The notes under the pieces were generated by a model, which was not told where the DNA came from, searched no databases, and saw nothing but the letters and a program-made list of their open reading frames with translations. A stretch of 64,000 nt of DNA from Pseudomonadota bacterium (GTDB lineage Bacteria > Campylobacterota > Campylobacteria > Campylobacterales > Sulfurimonadaceae): assembly GCA_043797085.1 (NCBI GenBank), contig JAZDQA010000007.1, positions 64,001 to 128,000 of the forward strand, read 5' to 3'. The position numbers and the translations under genes are program-made. Positions 62,238 through 64,000 of this stretch are shown here, one piece after another. Position 1 is the first letter of the stretch; each line of letters starts with the position of its first letter.

Positions 62238-63473
62238 ATGGAAGCCAAGACAATAGTATCGGATATTTTGATCATCGGAGGAGGACCGGCAGGTTCAATC
62301 GCGGCCGCTTCGTTGGTTCAAAAAGGATATTCGGTTAGTGTTGTTGAAAAAGTTCCTTTTCCCCGTTTTGTTATCGGAGAATCATTATTACCGCGATGCA
62401 ATGAGCTTTTAGAGATCAACGGGATGCTTGAGATGGTAGACAATCATGGCTTCAAAGTTAAGCGGGGTGCGGCTTTTGATATGAACGGCGTTTTGGAAGC
62501 GTATGATTTTAGTGAAAACATCGGTCAGAAATTTGGGACATCGTATCAGGTGAAGCGCGAAGAGTTTGATGATTTACTCTTAAAACAAGCGGTTGGTTTT
62601 GGCGCAACACTGTTTGAAGAGACGGAAATTACCACATTTGATCCTGAAACTACAACGGCTACTGCAGTGGACAATGAGGGAAATATCCTGACGTTTAAAG
62701 CCAAATTCGCCCTCGATGCTTCGGGCTACGGGCGCGTTTTCCCTCGTCTTTTAGGACTGGATGAACCCAGTGAACTTAAAATACGAAGTGCGGTATTTAC
62801 TCGTATTACGGGTGATATTCGTCCTACCAATGAGACGGAGGGGTATATTTATATCTATGTACACGGAAACAATGATGCGTGGATTTGGTGTATTCCTTTC
62901 TCAGATGGGATAACGTCGGTTGGGGTGGTGTGTACGGAAGAATATTTCAGCTCTTTTGGACTTGAAAACGAAGCTTTTTGGGATGAAATCATTATGTCAA
63001 CGGTGGGAGCACGTGAGCGATTTGCCAATGCCGTTAAAATCGTTCCCGTTGGAAAAATCGATGGATACAGCGCCAATGTCAAATCCATGGTAGGAAAAAA
63101 TTACTGCATGGCAGGAAATGCGACGGAGTTTTTGGACCCTGTCTTCTCCTCAGGCGTGACGCTGGCGCTCGAATCGGGAAATCAAGCAGCGATTCTGATT
63201 GATAAGCAGCTCAAAGGTGAAGCGGTTGACTGGGAGGCTGAGTATGTTGCGTACATGATGACTGGGATTAATGTGTTCCGTGAATTTGTTGGTGCGTGGT
63301 ACGATGGACGGCTTCAAAGTATCTTTTGTGTTGAGGAAAAACCGGAGAAAATCAAGCGTGCCATTGCGTCAATTTTGGGCGGATACGTTTGGGATGATAA
63401 CAATATTTTTGTGAAAAATCCAAAAAGTGCAATGGCGGCGGTCATTTCACAAATAACACCCAAAGGGCTTTAA
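62238..63473 (+). CDS. FAD-dependent oxidoreductase, flavin-dependent halogenase family
   Basis: GGGPAG, FPRFVIGESL, GFKVKRGA, WIWCIP (WxWxIP), FLDPVFSSG. Confidence 0.85.
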   Translation: MEAKTIVSDILIIGGGPAGSIAAASLVQKGYSVSVVEKVPFPRFVIGESLLPRCNELLEINGMLEMVDNHGFKVKRGAAFDMNGVLEAYDFSENIGQKFGTSYQVKREEFDDLLLKQAVGFGATLFEETEITTFDPETTTATAVDNEGNILTFKAKFALDASGYGRVFPRLLGLDEPSELKIRSAVFTRITGDIRPTNETEGYIYIYVHGNNDAWIWCIPFSDGITSVGVVCTEEYFSSFGLENEAFWDEIIMSTVGARERFANAVKIVPVGKIDGYSANVKSMVGKNYCMAGNATEFLDPVFSSGVTLALESGNQAAILIDKQLKGEAVDWEAEYVAYMMTGINVFREFVGAWYDGRLQSIFCVEEKPEKIKRAIASILGGYVWDDNNIFVKNPKSAMAAVISQITPKGL

Positions 63474-64000
63474 TGAATAATTTTTTCGATGTCTCTAAAA
63501 TGTCAGCGGCTCAAGCACAGTATGAAGCCCAAAAAATCGCCTTTGCCCCCATCGTTTTTCAATCAGTGAGAGTATTGCGTGATAGCGGTATCCTCAAGAC
63601 TCTCCATGAAAATAAATCAGGAATGAGCATTGATGCCGTTGCCCAGTACCTCTCCATGACCCCTTATGCTGTTACCGTATTGTTAGAGACAGGTTTCAGT
63701 GCGGGAGTGGTTGCCAAAAAAGAGGAGATTTTTTCCCTCACAAAAATCGGTTATTTTCTCCTCAATGACCCCATGACCCGTATCAACATGGATTACAACC
63801 ATTACGTCAATTATTTGGGACTGTATGAGTTGGATAAGGCGGTAGGGAGCGGTGAACCTGAAGGATTAAAAGTATTTGGAGAGTGGGAGACGATTTATCC
63901 GGGTCTAACATCACTGCCTGAGGATGCGAAAAAAGCGTGGTTTGATTTTGACCATTTTTATTCTGATTCAGCTTTCGGAGAAGCGCTTAAAATTATAGGG
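63473..64000 (+). CDS. SAM-dependent methyltransferase, truncated by the window end
   Basis: MNNFFDVSKMSAAQAQYEAQKIAFAPIVFQ...GLKVFGEWETIYPGL...FDHFYSD; open to 64000; ATG overlaps the upstream TAA. Confidence 0.75.
   Translation, partial: MNNFFDVSKMSAAQAQYEAQKIAFAPIVFQSVRVLRDSGILKTLHENKSGMSIDAVAQYLSMTPYAVTVLLETGFSAGVVAKKEEIFSLTKIGYFLLNDPMTRINMDYNHYVNYLGLYELDKAVGSGEPEGLKVFGEWETIYPGLTSLPEDAKKAWFDFDHFYSDSAFGEALKIIG

Overview
Chromosomal window from a Campylobacterota (epsilonproteobacterial) sulfur/hydrogen oxidiser; gene content and protein style resemble Sulfuricurvum/Sulfurimonas (inferred, not searched). Left to right: (1) Ni transporter plus [NiFe]-hydrogenase maturation operon hypB-hypC-hypD-hypE-hypX-hypA, interrupted by an AT-rich CHAD/SixA/DUF2132 block; (2) a Tat-exported type II-like SQR, a CetB/CetA-like PAS+MCP pair, pepN, a YbjT-like SDR, katG and a pentaheme cytochrome c; (3) a cytochrome bd operon led by two NifB/NifX-family genes and facing a DUF134 regulator; (4) a sulfide-oxidation locus with three more SQR-family genes, a DUF3373 outer-membrane barrel, a heme-less cytochrome-c-like protein ending in Cys and an unannotated SQR-linked microprotein; (5) a degenerate peptide deformylase, two-component systems and housekeeping genes (hemN, lgt, ruvB, panB, trpA); (6) tmRNA with a decayed ~3.3 kb island (att-like repeat, XRE gene with operators, AbiE-type TA pair, no integrase); (7) an aryl polyene/flexirubin-like type II PKS cluster running off the right end. 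All family calls come from motif recognition by eye; no database searches were run.
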